A DNA stretch of 64,000 nt from NCBI GenBank assembly GCA_963667845.2, contig CAXXVL010000002.1, positions 2,112,001 through 2,176,000 on the forward strand, written 5' to 3'. The notes under the pieces are model-generated. The model did no database searches and was not told the DNA's origin. It was given only the letters and a program-made list of their open reading frames with translations. The stretch comes from Smithellaceae bacterium. GTDB lineage: Bacteria; Desulfobacterota; Syntrophia; Syntrophales; Smithellaceae. Below are positions 1 to 11,018 of the stretch, piece by piece; position 1 is the first letter of the stretch; each line of letters starts with the position of its first letter. The translations under genes were made by a program, and so were the position numbers.

Positions 1-908
1 ATTGTACTGGAGCCGGTATTTGCGACGTAGGCAAAATTTCCCGTCGGGTCGATGGTGATCGCCGAGGGATTTGTGCCGGCGGCAAAGGGCGATCCGACGC
101 CGATCAGCTCCGTCAAGCTGCCGGTAAGGGTGATGAGATAGGCCGAAATATTATTCGAGTTGACGTTAGGCACGTAAGCAATCTTCCCGGCAAAAGCTGG
201 ATTAACGGCTGTGGTCGGCATAATGGTTACGCTATACGGAGCGGTTCCGGCCGCAAACGGTGATCCGAAGACTTCCGTCAAGATGCCGCTCAAAGTATCA
301 ATCGTGTAGGCCGAAACACTGTTGGAGTTCAGATTTGTAACATAGAGGAAGCTGCCCGACGGATCAATCGTGGCGGAATTCGGATTGGTTCCCGCCGCAA
401 AGGGCGATCCCGTCACCGCCGCCAGAGCGCCTGTGCCGGCATTGATGGCGAAAGCCGAAATATTGCCGGTTTTATAATTTGCCGCATAGGCGAATGTTCC
501 CGGGGGGGTTACCACGAGCCGGGGCGGCGGCGCTATGCAGTTGATAAAGATATTATTGATTGGAGCATCATTGATGGTGCCCGCTCCGTTCATAACGACA
601 CAGGCTTGCGATGCAGCGGCCGGCTGGGTTTTGATCGTAACGGAGTAAGTGAGGCCGGTTGGAACCGCCTTTCCAAAAACGAATGTGCCGTTGTTCGAGA
701 CAATCAGATCATCGGTGCTATTGTTTTGCAGGACCAGTCCGCCGCCTACCATACCGCTGACCGTTCCTCTGATTGTATAGCTGTATCCTTCGTTACCGCT
801 CCCGCAGGACGTCAAAAGCATCGCGAGAGCGATCATGCCTATTGACCCGGCGAGCAGGCTCGACAGGAATCCCGGATTCTTTTTCTTATCCCCAAACTGT
901 GCCACCAT
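1..908 (-). CDS. Lipoprotein with an Ig-like domain and lactonase-type (YVTN/6-phosphogluconolactonase-like) beta-propeller repeats; runs off the window start
   Basis: Manual translation from ATG at 908: MVAQFGDKKKNPGFLSSLLAGSIGMIALAMLLTSCGSG (lipobox LLTSC), YTIRGTVSG..LVLQNN, then repeated F(A/L)YxxNxxSxxISAxxI..TGxL..V.GSPFAAGT blades. Absent from the ORF track because it is truncated. Confidence 0.75.
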   Translation of the reverse strand, partial: MVAQFGDKKKNPGFLSSLLAGSIGMIALAMLLTSCGSGNEGYSYTIRGTVSGMVGGGLVLQNNSTDDLIVSNNGTFVFGKAVPTGLTYSVTIKTQPAAASQACVVMNGAGTINDAPINNIFINCIAPPPRLVVTPPGTFAYAANYKTGNISAFAINAGTGALAAVTGSPFAAGTNPNSATIDPSGSFLYVTNLNSNSVSAYTIDTLSGILTEVFGSPFAAGTAPYSVTIMPTTAVNPAFAGKIAYVPNVNSNNISAYLITLTGSLTELIGVGSPFAAGTNPSAITIDPTGNFAYVANTGSST

Positions 909-1168
909 TTTTCCCCCTTCAGTACCCCGTAATTTGGGATACACCGGCTTGACTCGTATTGATTTTTATATTGGAAATATATGTAGAATTGTCCGGTATG
1001 TCAATTAAATGTTGGCCCAAATCGTCTGTCGTCCTCAAACGATCGTGGCGCTGCCGGGACCGGGTAAAATCATGAAATGTCGAGCCCGAAAGGGAGGGGG
1101 ATATCCATTTGACCTGATGATCTTGACCCATTAAGGGCCTGACGGCGGGAAGAACCTGTCACGATCGG

Positions 1169-3475
1169 TTATGCGTCCACGCGTTCCAATTCCAGAAGCA
1201 TGAGTTTGATGTTGGACAACTTCCTGAGTTTGGCCCGAAGAACCGGCGAATCTTTTCTTTGCCGGAGGTCGTCCTCCGAGATATGGCGGTAGATGATATC
1301 GATCGTATCCTGAACATGCAGCATGAATTCATCCGCACGGATATTCCCATGGATCATATGATAAACCGCAATATTGTCAGGGATCAGCTTTTCCGTTTCG
1401 ATGCGGGCTTTTTTGAGCCAGTCCAGTACGATCATGCAGAGCTGAGGTGTTATCGACGGGGCAAAATCCCACAGGATGAGGGCAAACATGAACTTCATGA
1501 ACGGGATGTTGCTTCTGCAGAGCACCAGGTTTTCATATCGGGCGATAACCAGATTGACGATGAGCAGTAAAAGTCTATCGCCTTTCTCCGCTTTATTGCC
1601 CGTTGTCCGCAGATCATCCCGCAACCAGCCGATCGTTTTGAAAATACATTGGCTGACGTTTTGGAAAATGCCGCGAACGCCGGCTGATAATGCATTTATT
1701 TTGTTTCCCGCCGGTTTTCCCGTCGCGGACAGCAGGTCAATCAGGCACATCGTATAGCTGATCATGTAGAGGGAATTCAAAGCCTTTCCCGTTGCCGAAA
1801 CCGTCATGCCTTTCAAAAAGGCATTCTGCGCGAGGTGTAGTTGGGCCAGGATGTCCGATTTTTGTATGTGGACCGGGCCTGTCGATTTTTTCTTTCGAAG
1901 AAATTTTAAGTATTTGATCGCTCTGCCGAAGCGAAGAATTCCGATTTCATGCCAGATATCGCTCTCCTGCCGGCAGTTGCTGACGATGAAATCGCCTTCG
2001 GCTTCGGCCCGCTCGAAGACGGAATCGGCAAAATAGAGATCGGACTGCATCTGGGCGATGTTTGAGCAAATGAGCAGACGCATCAGCCGGGCCGCCAGAT
2101 TGAGCGGCTGTGAAAGCAGCAGGTGGGCCAGCACGGTATCCGCCTCATAAGGCATCTGCCGCGCGCGCAGGGCCTTGGCAATTTCGGTAAGCAGCAGGGC
2201 GCTTTGCGGGAAACGATGCATGGCCGTAATGGCGCCGAAAGAGCATTGTCCCGCAAACTCCGGGAAATGGAGCTCCCGTTTGAAAACTTCATACGATGGT
2301 TCCGAAACGGATCTGGGCAGCATCTTTTCTTCGAGCAGACACGGGATGTAATCATAATAGCTGTATGACAGAAAATTGCTGACCGACCAGAGATCGCCGC
2401 CGTAACCTGTGGTCTGATGATCGCCGCCGGCATAGAGTTCAAAACTCACTTTGACCGAGGCATTCAGAGCGCACAGGTGCGCAAAGTCGGTCAGGTAAAT
2501 CCCCGATTCGGCACTGAGGCGGATATCCAGAATCCGCTGAATCGTTGCATTGGCCTGGGGCATCGCCCCCGTATGGATGATGATGACCAGCTTTTTCTGG
2601 GGACTGCCGGACGAGGAAAGCAGCCAGCGGGCGGCCATCTGATGGGCGATGGCCATCACATTGCGGATCGCTTCACTATAGAGCCGGGGTTCGTCCACCG
2701 GCCCCGGTTTTTTTGGCGCCCGCAGGTTGAAGGTGGTGGCGCCGACCGTTTCCATAATTTTTTTGTGGACGTGATTTTCCAAGCGGAGATATTCGATGCA
2801 GGCGGCCAATTCGTTTTTAAGCCAGGTCACATCCGACGGTATGATGATTTCACCCTGTCCCTGCAGGTGAAAGGTGATTGTGACGCCGGCCGTTTCCGAG
2901 GGCGTTTCAATGCTATTTTCCGGATTTTCGGGGAGGTCTAAAAGCAGATCATAGTGCCAGTGGAGATCCGGATATTTCTGTGCCAGCTTGAAAGCCAGAA
3001 TCCTCACGAGCGCCCGTTTCTTCGGCGTATTGACCACAAATCGTTTCTTAAGCCGGGTGATCATGGACGCCTGAATTTCGGGCCAGGACAGCTCCCGCCC
3101 TGTGATTTCCAGTTGTGCGATCAAGGCGTTTACGGACAAATTTCCCGTAAGCTTCTCCAGAACGTCCGGGAAAGTCAGCCCTGCCGGAAGCCCGTGGCCG
3201 GCATCCGGGCAGCTGTTCTTTTCCAGAAAGGCCACAAAGGCCGCTTCGGTATTGGCGTCGATGATCGAATGGTCGAAGGCGTACTTGACAATGCCGGGGA
3301 TGGCACGGCGGGAGATGTCCCGGTCGTTTTCCTTGAAATCATTAAAACTCGCGACGCTGGGAAAAGCAGAGAGCAGGGATTCAATGATCATACGGCATCC
3401 AGCCTTTTGATTTCTTTGATTTATTGTATTAGTTGCATAAATCCGGCCGGGTTTCAATATAATTTTTGATCGCAC
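1169..3475 (-). CDS. Large hypothetical protein; possible HTH-like N-terminus, degenerate class III nucleotide-cyclase fold, helical/TPR-like C-terminus (start may be ATG 3391)
   Basis: 768-aa ORF; strand/helix pattern VTITFHLQG...AIRNVMAIAHQM...KKLVIIIHTG...GIYLTD resembles a cyclase fold without the catalytic Asp residues. Confidence 0.55.
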   Translation of the reverse strand: MRSKIILKPGRIYATNTINQRNQKAGCRMIIESLLSAFPSVASFNDFKENDRDISRRAIPGIVKYAFDHSIIDANTEAAFVAFLEKNSCPDAGHGLPAGLTFPDVLEKLTGNLSVNALIAQLEITGRELSWPEIQASMITRLKKRFVVNTPKKRALVRILAFKLAQKYPDLHWHYDLLLDLPENPENSIETPSETAGVTITFHLQGQGEIIIPSDVTWLKNELAACIEYLRLENHVHKKIMETVGATTFNLRAPKKPGPVDEPRLYSEAIRNVMAIAHQMAARWLLSSSGSPQKKLVIIIHTGAMPQANATIQRILDIRLSAESGIYLTDFAHLCALNASVKVSFELYAGGDHQTTGYGGDLWSVSNFLSYSYYDYIPCLLEEKMLPRSVSEPSYEVFKRELHFPEFAGQCSFGAITAMHRFPQSALLLTEIAKALRARQMPYEADTVLAHLLLSQPLNLAARLMRLLICSNIAQMQSDLYFADSVFERAEAEGDFIVSNCRQESDIWHEIGILRFGRAIKYLKFLRKKKSTGPVHIQKSDILAQLHLAQNAFLKGMTVSATGKALNSLYMISYTMCLIDLLSATGKPAGNKINALSAGVRGIFQNVSQCIFKTIGWLRDDLRTTGNKAEKGDRLLLLIVNLVIARYENLVLCRSNIPFMKFMFALILWDFAPSITPQLCMIVLDWLKKARIETEKLIPDNIAVYHMIHGNIRADEFMLHVQDTIDIIYRHISEDDLRQRKDSPVLRAKLRKLSNIKLMLLELERVDA

Positions 3476-3491
3476 CGGCCAAAGCGGCAGC

Positions 3492-4844
3492 TTACGAATG
3501 GATTATGGAATGATGTTCGGCCCTGATATGCAAAGCGATGTCGCGGACGCTGTTCATGACAGCGGCGAGGTCGATCGTCAGCAGGCGGCGATTCTCCATC
3601 ACCATCTTTCCGTTGATGATGCTGGTTATCACGTCGGCGCCGCGCGCGGCGTAAACGAGCTGGGAATACGGATTGTAAAGAGGCGTCAGGTGCGGCTGGT
3701 TCATGTCGATGATGATGATGTCCGCCTGTTTGCCGACTTCGATTGAGCCGGTGAGGTGATCAAGCCCGAGGAGGCGCGCGCCGCCGATTGTGGCCATTTG
3801 GACGACCGTTTCGGCGCTCATCACCGTGGGGTCAAGCCCCGTGACTTTATGAATTTTGGCCGCGGCGTCCATCTCCCGGAAGAGGTCCAGAGCGTTGTTG
3901 CTCGCGGAGCCGTCCGTGCCGAGACCAACCGTTACGCCTTTTGCAAGCATCAACGGTACGGGCGCGACGCCCGACGCGAGCTTCATGGAGCTCATCGGAT
4001 TGTGAGAAATGCCGACGCCGAGATCCGCAAAGAGCGCGATGTCTTCGGCCGTGAGCCAGTTGCAGTGCACGGCGATGGTCCGGCTGTCGAGCACTCCCAG
4101 ATCGTAAAGATGCTGCACCGGCTTTTTGCCGTAGCGTTTTTCAATCGTAGCGATCTCGTCTTTGTTTTCCAGAAGGTGCGTCAGATAAAGAATGCCGGCT
4201 TCGCGGGCCGCCGCTTTTACGTTCACCAGGGTTGCAGGCGAGCAGGTATAAGGCGAATGGCAGAAAAAAGCGGGCGTGATCATCGGCGTGTGAGAAAGCC
4301 AGCGCTTCACGAACCTCTCGGCCGCCGCCATCATTTTTTCATATTTCGGATTGTCCGGCGTGGCGAAATCGGCGAATCCCTGGGATACGACCGCACGCAT
4401 GCCGCAGGAGTGCAAGGCTTCCGCAATTTGATTTTCGAAAAAATACCCGTCGCAAAAAGTTGTTGTTCCCGAAAGGATCATTTCCGCCATAGCGAGCAGT
4501 GAGCCGTCGTAAACCATTTTTTTGTTCACGAAGCGCGCCTCCATCGGAAAGATGTGATGATTGAGCCAGTCCATGAGCGGCAGATCATCCGCCAGACCCC
4601 GAAAGCACACCATCGGCAGATGTGTGTGCGTGTTGACCAGTCCGGGCACGACGAGGCAGCCGCGCGCATCGATGATTTTGGAGGCTCGGCTGCGGCTGTC
4701 TTTGCCCACGAACGTGATGCGGTCCGCCGTGATGCCGAGGGTTGCGTCGTGAATGATTTCCATGGTCGGAGACAGGGTCAGCAATGTTCCACCCTGGATG
4801 ACAATATCAAAATGGTCGGGTTGCATCGTTTCGTCTTTCCTCAT
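3492..4844 (-). CDS. mtaD: Amidohydrolase, MTA/SAH deaminase-like
   Basis: PGLVNTHTH metal motif, CHSPYT, THLLE, AVHC, HNPMSSMKLASG, GLGTDGSASNN, GSIEVGKQADIII. Confidence 0.8.
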   Translation of the reverse strand: MRKDETMQPDHFDIVIQGGTLLTLSPTMEIIHDATLGITADRITFVGKDSRSRASKIIDARGCLVVPGLVNTHTHLPMVCFRGLADDLPLMDWLNHHIFPMEARFVNKKMVYDGSLLAMAEMILSGTTTFCDGYFFENQIAEALHSCGMRAVVSQGFADFATPDNPKYEKMMAAAERFVKRWLSHTPMITPAFFCHSPYTCSPATLVNVKAAAREAGILYLTHLLENKDEIATIEKRYGKKPVQHLYDLGVLDSRTIAVHCNWLTAEDIALFADLGVGISHNPMSSMKLASGVAPVPLMLAKGVTVGLGTDGSASNNALDLFREMDAAAKIHKVTGLDPTVMSAETVVQMATIGGARLLGLDHLTGSIEVGKQADIIIIDMNQPHLTPLYNPYSQLVYAARGADVITSIINGKMVMENRRLLTIDLAAVMNSVRDIALHIRAEHHSIIHS

Positions 4845-7800
4845 CAGTTGAACTCGAGTTTATAGTAGATATCGACGCCGCTTTGCGTGCCTGTCTGCGT
4901 TTCCACCTGCCAGTGTTTGGAAATATCGTAGCGCAGAAGAAATAAGTTGCTGCCGGAAAACAGTGACCGGCCATAGCTGATATACAATTCCGGCGTCAGG
5001 TACTTGCCCACAACCATCAGGGTTTCCGACACGTTTTCCGTGCCCGTGCCGGTGGGTGTGACATTCATGCGCTTATATCCCATGTGGCTGTTTTGCTGTA
5101 CGACGTCCGTAGATAAATCCAGCGAACCGAGTCCCAGACGGTTTTTGATTTTGTCCACCAGACTTTCGGACTGATTTGCGGATAAAAGCGCACCGGCCGC
5201 CGTCGCGAGCAAACCAATCTGTTTTGCGTCTGAGGCGAGCGGATGACCCAGGACGATATAAGCCAGGATGTCCGTATCCTGCATGGCGGGTTCCGAATAC
5301 AATTTGACGAGCGGATTAGGGAGGATGCCGCTGACGGCAACACCGGCGCGAACGTCGCCCACCTTACGCCACGCCAGGATATCAAGGGACGGCCGGTTAA
5401 TCGGCGTACCGGTGTAAAACAGGCGTCCGCGGATGATCTCCAGATTGACCCCGTACGTGCGGAAGCGGCCTTTAACCACGCGGATTTCTCCGCGGCCGGT
5501 GATCTTTGATGGATCCTGGAATTGAAGATCGACGCTGCCGCCCAGCTGCGCGTCGATGCCGGACGCCTTGAACTGGACTTGCTCGCCCAGGATCATCCTG
5601 ACCTGAACGTCCAGATTGATCGGCAGCTTTTTGTCCACAGGTTTCGGTTTCCCCTCCCGGATCACATCCGGGCTTGCCGCGACGGGCTCATGGGATTGCG
5701 ACCCGATGATCTGAATCGCCGGAAGCAGAATTTCACCGCGGACGGATAATGCATCCCGCGTTCCCGAGAAGGTGAGCCTGGGCGAGGCCAGCACCTGGAG
5801 TTCCGGAAAGTAAACAGCCTGAAAGCGCTCGCCGTTGATCTTTCCTTCATAACTTTTCACCTGCATTCCCTTCATCCGGATGAGCGCCGATCCTTCGATC
5901 GCGCCCGGACCGGAAGCCGCATGAAAGGAATCGATGTGAATGGCATTCTTATCGAAGCGGGCGGCGATCCGGGCGTCTTTGACGGAGATGCCGGCAGTCG
6001 GCAGATAGCCGCCCGCATTGGATAAGCGGATGGTTCCTGTTGCCTCGGGTTCATCCCAATTGCCGCCCACTTTCAAATCCAGATCAAGATCACCGTGACT
6101 TTCCTGGACCAGCCCCGGGAATAAAACCCCGAGGGCGCCTTTTTCCCGGAGCTGCCCGCCAAGCGATGCCTGGAGACTTCCCCGGTGATCGACGGCAACC
6201 GGCAGCCTCGCGGCAATCGGCAGAAGGAATCTGCCCTGAAGCTTTCCATAGTCCGCCATGGTCAGCGCGATGGTGCCGACGAGCGCTTGGTCGTGCCAGT
6301 TCCAGTCAAGCGCTGCATCGCGCAGGCCGATGCTCACATCGCCTTTCTGCCCCTGCCAGTGGATTCTGGACCGGTTAAGCGTCGTGTGGCCCGTGAGAGA
6401 AAAACGATGATTCGGCAGGAGTTTGCCTTTCGCGTCACCGGCCATCTGTCCTTCCAGTCTGGCGCGTCCGGGCAGCCGTCCGGAAAGAGGCATCAGATCA
6501 AATCCCTGCCAGCGCAGATCCAGATCTCCTTCGTCCGGTACGGCAAGAGCGGCCGGCCGGGCTGAGGAAAATGAACCCTGCAGTGTCCCGCCGGAAGCCA
6601 GCTGCATATTTGCTGCGGCCCGGATGCCCTGTTCATCTGCTTTCACAGTCATGTTGCATTGCCGGATGTCGACGGACTGCCCCTGCGCCTGAAAAGTCCC
6701 CGCCAGTGAAAATTTTCCATTGAGCGCAATTTGATTCCGGGGCAGGAAGCTTAAATGGACACTGCCGCCGCTTGTACCGCTCAGGTGTTCCTCATTCAAC
6801 CAGAAATTGATGCGCGACAGATTCAGATTATCCCAGTCGAGCGCCAGGGAGCCTGTGAGCGGTTCCCATTTTAAGGCGGCGGACAGCCGGAACATCTCCT
6901 GGCCCCGGCCCGCAAACACCAGCGGATCGAGCGTCAGGCTGTCCGATGTAATGGATAGTGCTGCGGGTTCGGTGAGTCTCCAGGGACCGGCACTGTCCGT
7001 GCCGAAAAGACGCAGAATTTTACCCTGCCAATTGTTCTGACGATAGGCGCCGGATAAAGCCAGGTGCGCCTCCTCGCGGCCGCGGCGCGCCACTGCCGTG
7101 AGCGTATGAGCGGGCAGCGTTCCTCCGGCCTGCAGAGTCACGAGGTCCGCCGCCAGGGTTCGATAGTGAAGTGTGTTGAAGGTCGCATTGAAAGACAGAG
7201 GCGATTTTTCCTCATCTTTCATGGCCGCGGTAATTTCCGCCGATTTGACCGACAACCCGTCGGCGCTGAAATTACGGGCCTCGGCAGAAAGAGCACCGCT
7301 GGCCCGACCGTTTAGCCAGCGTGCCGAACCTCGTGCCGCCAGCGATCCTCCGGTTTGCGGAATGAGACGCGACAGATCGCTCACGCGTGCGCTGAAGTCC
7401 ACGTTGCTCTTAACGGGACCGCTGGCGTTAATCTGAAAGCCTTTTCCCTGAAGGGCGAGCCTAGCGATCCGGATATCGTCGCCCGTAAAAGCGGCGCGCA
7501 CCTCTCCGGTCAGCTCCTGCCCGTGCAGTTTGCTTTGCAGCAATTTGCCGATGACTTCTCCATCGGGCGGTTTGTCTTTTGAAAGCGCCACTTTGCCGGA
7601 AAGGTCAAAATGAATTATCCCCGTCCAGTCCGGATCGATCTGGGCCGGATCAAGGTTGCGGCCGGAAATTGCGCCGTTTGCCGTAAGGCCGTTTTGCCAG
7701 GTGACGTTGAGGTCGCCGCTCAGAGTGCCCTTGAGGGTCGAGCCCCGGAGGGAGCGGATCGTTACGCCGGCGGCGTTTCCCGAATAGTCGGCGGCCAGTC

Positions 7801-8815
7801 GGACCGATCGCCAGGTTTTCCCCTGATGGGCCAGTGTGGCATGTCCTTCATACTGCCTGGGGGTTCCGGCGAAGGTTAAGGTTCCGAAGAGTCCGAGCGG
7901 TATGTTCAATTCACGGGAAAGATCCCAATCGATCGCTTCTGCCCGCAGGTTCAGAAAAGGCTGTGGCCCGCTAACCGTCAGCATGCCGTCCGCCGTGATG
8001 AGTCCTCTCCTGCCCGTGCGGGTGAGGCGCATTTGCTTTATGGGAAAACCCGCCTGCGTCGTGCCGGTCTCCATGGCGAGCTGCCACTGGGGCTGTTTGC
8101 TTCGGTTGCCGGAGAGCAGAAGATTCCCGGACAGTTCACCTGTGCTTTTTCCCGGTCCGAATTTTCCAATGAGCCGGAATGAATCCATGCCGGCAAAAAG
8201 TTGAGCCGGGGTTGCGGTCAGATCCGTCATGAGGAGCGGGCGGCCGAAACCAGCCAGCAGATTTCCCCTGGCGACGCCCAGGTCGGAGACGATATGGAGA
8301 TTGCCGACAGAAAGTTGTGAGTTCCGGAAGATCATGGAGAAGGAGATCGTCTTAATTTTTACCGGTTGGTCGTCCAGACGTCGATACAGCAGGTTTGTGA
8401 TTTCGCCGCGTTCGATTTCACCGCTGAAAAAGGCGATGACGCCTGTTGCCCGCGGCCAGACCAGCGTCGGCGGTGTATCCGGCGAATTATCCCGGATGGA
8501 CACATTCGCTGCCGAAAGATGCCGGATGCTCAATTGACCGGCCGCGAGATCAAGCGGCCGGGCGTCAAACTCCAGGCGTTCGATCCGGATGGCGCCTTTT
8601 GGCCAGGTGATCTCCGTGTTTTCCAGGCGCAGCGTTCCCGCCAGACGTCCCTCAATTTTATGTGCGGAAATTCGAATGTCCGTAAAGCTCGAAACCATGC
8701 TAAGCAATTGTTTTGCTCCGCTTGTCGTTCCGAAAAGCCAGGCGGGCAGGGCAAGGCCGATGAAGAGAGCTGCCGCCATAGCGGCGAAGATGAAATAGGT
8801 GAACGCACGTTTCAA
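4844..8815 (-). CDS. tamB: Translocation and assembly module TamB
   Basis: 1323 aa, N-terminal TM anchor, beta-rich body, DUF490-type C-terminus (VGKYLTPELYISYG...GVDIYYKLEF); start overlaps the tamA stop. Confidence 0.9.
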   Translation of the reverse strand: MKRAFTYFIFAAMAAALFIGLALPAWLFGTTSGAKQLLSMVSSFTDIRISAHKIEGRLAGTLRLENTEITWPKGAIRIERLEFDARPLDLAAGQLSIRHLSAANVSIRDNSPDTPPTLVWPRATGVIAFFSGEIERGEITNLLYRRLDDQPVKIKTISFSMIFRNSQLSVGNLHIVSDLGVARGNLLAGFGRPLLMTDLTATPAQLFAGMDSFRLIGKFGPGKSTGELSGNLLLSGNRSKQPQWQLAMETGTTQAGFPIKQMRLTRTGRRGLITADGMLTVSGPQPFLNLRAEAIDWDLSRELNIPLGLFGTLTFAGTPRQYEGHATLAHQGKTWRSVRLAADYSGNAAGVTIRSLRGSTLKGTLSGDLNVTWQNGLTANGAISGRNLDPAQIDPDWTGIIHFDLSGKVALSKDKPPDGEVIGKLLQSKLHGQELTGEVRAAFTGDDIRIARLALQGKGFQINASGPVKSNVDFSARVSDLSRLIPQTGGSLAARGSARWLNGRASGALSAEARNFSADGLSVKSAEITAAMKDEEKSPLSFNATFNTLHYRTLAADLVTLQAGGTLPAHTLTAVARRGREEAHLALSGAYRQNNWQGKILRLFGTDSAGPWRLTEPAALSITSDSLTLDPLVFAGRGQEMFRLSAALKWEPLTGSLALDWDNLNLSRINFWLNEEHLSGTSGGSVHLSFLPRNQIALNGKFSLAGTFQAQGQSVDIRQCNMTVKADEQGIRAAANMQLASGGTLQGSFSSARPAALAVPDEGDLDLRWQGFDLMPLSGRLPGRARLEGQMAGDAKGKLLPNHRFSLTGHTTLNRSRIHWQGQKGDVSIGLRDAALDWNWHDQALVGTIALTMADYGKLQGRFLLPIAARLPVAVDHRGSLQASLGGQLREKGALGVLFPGLVQESHGDLDLDLKVGGNWDEPEATGTIRLSNAGGYLPTAGISVKDARIAARFDKNAIHIDSFHAASGPGAIEGSALIRMKGMQVKSYEGKINGERFQAVYFPELQVLASPRLTFSGTRDALSVRGEILLPAIQIIGSQSHEPVAASPDVIREGKPKPVDKKLPINLDVQVRMILGEQVQFKASGIDAQLGGSVDLQFQDPSKITGRGEIRVVKGRFRTYGVNLEIIRGRLFYTGTPINRPSLDILAWRKVGDVRAGVAVSGILPNPLVKLYSEPAMQDTDILAYIVLGHPLASDAKQIGLLATAAGALLSANQSESLVDKIKNRLGLGSLDLSTDVVQQNSHMGYKRMNVTPTGTGTENVSETLMVVGKYLTPELYISYGRSLFSGSNLFLLRYDISKHWQVETQTGTQSGVDIYYKLEFN

Positions 8816-10845
8816 AATTCAAACCCTACCGTAAAATGGATTCGATAGCCGGGATCATCCACGGCGATCTGTCGCGCGACAGACAAATTCAAAGCGCCCA
8901 CCGGCGTAAAGTAATGGAGGCCGACGCCCGCCGCCTGAAACAGGGTGATATCGGCAAACGAATCAAAAGCATTGCCGGCGTTATAAAAGACGGAAACCGC
9001 CCAGTCCTCGAAGATTGCCCGCTGCAGTTCCACGCATCCGGTCAAAAGATGCTTGCCGCCGACGACATTTCCCAGGATATCACGCGGGCCCAGCGACTGA
9101 TAGGCATATCCGCGGACGCTTTGATCGCCGCCCGCAAAAAAACGCAGCGACGGCGGAAGATCATTGATCGGATCTGAAAAGAAAGTAATTCCCGCCTTGG
9201 CGCTGGTCTGTAGAGACAGGCGCCAAGGTATCGGGAGGATATGACTGGCTTCGCTGATCAACTGCAGCAACTGGGTGGTCGACCCCAGAACAGGATGCGT
9301 ACCGCGCAGATCAAGGGCATAGCGGAAACCGCGGGTGGGTCTGACGAGATTGTCGTAGTGGTTGTCGGAAAAACGGACGCCGGGCAGAACGTAGCGCGAG
9401 GTGGAATCCTGAATGCCGATCGTGAATTCTTCCTGCTGGAATTTCACGTACGCCGTACCCAGCTTCTGATCGCCGAAGCTGTTTGTCCGGGCCAGTTCCA
9501 GCGCGATGACCCGACTGCTGTAGGTTGTGATATTCTCCTTCTGAAGGTTGATCCGGACGGACGTAAAGGTCCGGAAATCCTTGTCGCTCGGGATGATGTA
9601 AGCGGTCGCGAGTCCTTGAAGCCGCTCTGAAATATACAGATTGGAATCCAGTTCATGCCCCTTGTGCAGCAGGTTGAGATCGCGGTAGCGCAAAGCAAAG
9701 CGTGCACCCGTATCCGTTCCGTAGCCGACACCAGGACGCAGGCTTCTGCGCGGGAGAGATTTCAACAAAATACGAATGGGTATTTTGTAATCCCGCGCCT
9801 GGGGCTTTTCCGCGAGAAGGGTCACTTCGCGGAACCGTTCCGAATTGTTTAACTGAAGTTGAGATTCGGCGAGCTTCGTTTGAGAGAAGACGTCGCCCGG
9901 AACGAACGTGAGATAGCGGCGTAAATAGGCATCGGGGTAATCCGGAGCACCTTCGATCGTGATATCCGAAAAGAAATACCGCTCGCCCGTTTGCAGGACC
10001 AGATCAATCCGCCCGGTCTTGTCGTTTGCGTCGACGTGAATTTCATGAACAGTGTATTCGGCATCCAGATAGCCGAGTTCCTGTGCCCTTGCCTGCAGCA
10101 CCTGCTTGGCCTCCTCATAGCGTTGATGCAGTAAAATGGAACCCTTCTGCAGCGGGAAAGCGGCAGCGAGCGCTATAAGCGATGGTTCGGATGCGCCGCT
10201 GCCGGCAACGGTGACGCGGACATCCGTAAGAATTACGGGCTGACCGGCTTCCACTTTCACCCTCACGCGAAATGTATCGGGCGTGGGTGTCTCCAGGGTA
10301 ACGGTGACCTGTGCGGAATAATACCCGAAGGGTTCCAGGGCGGCGAGCACTTTTTGATCCGCCTGGCGGACAAAGCGTTCCAGCCAGAGTTTGTCCACTT
10401 TCCCGTCCGCGACCAGACCCGGGGGCAGGACAAGCGCGGCCAGGACATTCTTTTGCCCGGCCCCGATGACGCCCTCGACAACAATTTCCACCGGTTCGGC
10501 GCCGTGGGCTATTGCGGCAAATCCCGGTCCGCAAAAGAGGCCCGCGAGAATAATGATCAAGAAAAGTCGCCGCAGACAAAGCCGCTGGATCGGCAAGAAC
10601 TGACCCGGAATTACGGCTGCCCCGCTCTTATTATGAAACGACGGCTCCGCAAACCGTCTGCTGATGATTTTAACCGGCCTGTATTGTGTGTTCATTCGCC
10701 ATTTGACCTTGTTTCCCGCTGCAACACCATGCAGATTTGTATAGCGATTACGGGAAAAATTGGGCTTCTGAAAGTTTAAGGCATGCCTCGGGGGAATGCA
10801 AGAGGTGTTGTACGCCGACAGGAATAAAAAACGCGTTTCCGGCAT
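8812..10845 (-). CDS. tamA: Omp85-family autotransporter assembly factor TamA (true start probably downstream of 10845)
   Basis: ALEPFGYY POTRA motif, GVGYGTDTG, RFFAGGDQSVRGY, C-terminal GFEF. Confidence 0.9.
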   Translation of the reverse strand: MPETRFLFLSAYNTSCIPPRHALNFQKPNFSRNRYTNLHGVAAGNKVKWRMNTQYRPVKIISRRFAEPSFHNKSGAAVIPGQFLPIQRLCLRRLFLIIILAGLFCGPGFAAIAHGAEPVEIVVEGVIGAGQKNVLAALVLPPGLVADGKVDKLWLERFVRQADQKVLAALEPFGYYSAQVTVTLETPTPDTFRVRVKVEAGQPVILTDVRVTVAGSGASEPSLIALAAAFPLQKGSILLHQRYEEAKQVLQARAQELGYLDAEYTVHEIHVDANDKTGRIDLVLQTGERYFFSDITIEGAPDYPDAYLRRYLTFVPGDVFSQTKLAESQLQLNNSERFREVTLLAEKPQARDYKIPIRILLKSLPRRSLRPGVGYGTDTGARFALRYRDLNLLHKGHELDSNLYISERLQGLATAYIIPSDKDFRTFTSVRINLQKENITTYSSRVIALELARTNSFGDQKLGTAYVKFQQEEFTIGIQDSTSRYVLPGVRFSDNHYDNLVRPTRGFRYALDLRGTHPVLGSTTQLLQLISEASHILPIPWRLSLQTSAKAGITFFSDPINDLPPSLRFFAGGDQSVRGYAYQSLGPRDILGNVVGGKHLLTGCVELQRAIFEDWAVSVFYNAGNAFDSFADITLFQAAGVGLHYFTPVGALNLSVARQIAVDDPGYRIHFTVGFEF

Positions 10846-11018
10846 GCCTGTTCAGCGTCGCTCTCTCCCTGCCGTCGTGCGTATCTCCATCCCTTCCGGA
10901 ATTTTAAGGATTGGGCGGCTATGCAGAGTCGCCGGTTGCAAATGCAGCCAGGCGGCGTCCGGCGATGAAGTCAAAAAAGAGAGCCTGGCGGGAGCCGGTG
11001 CAGATGACCCGGAAAGCT

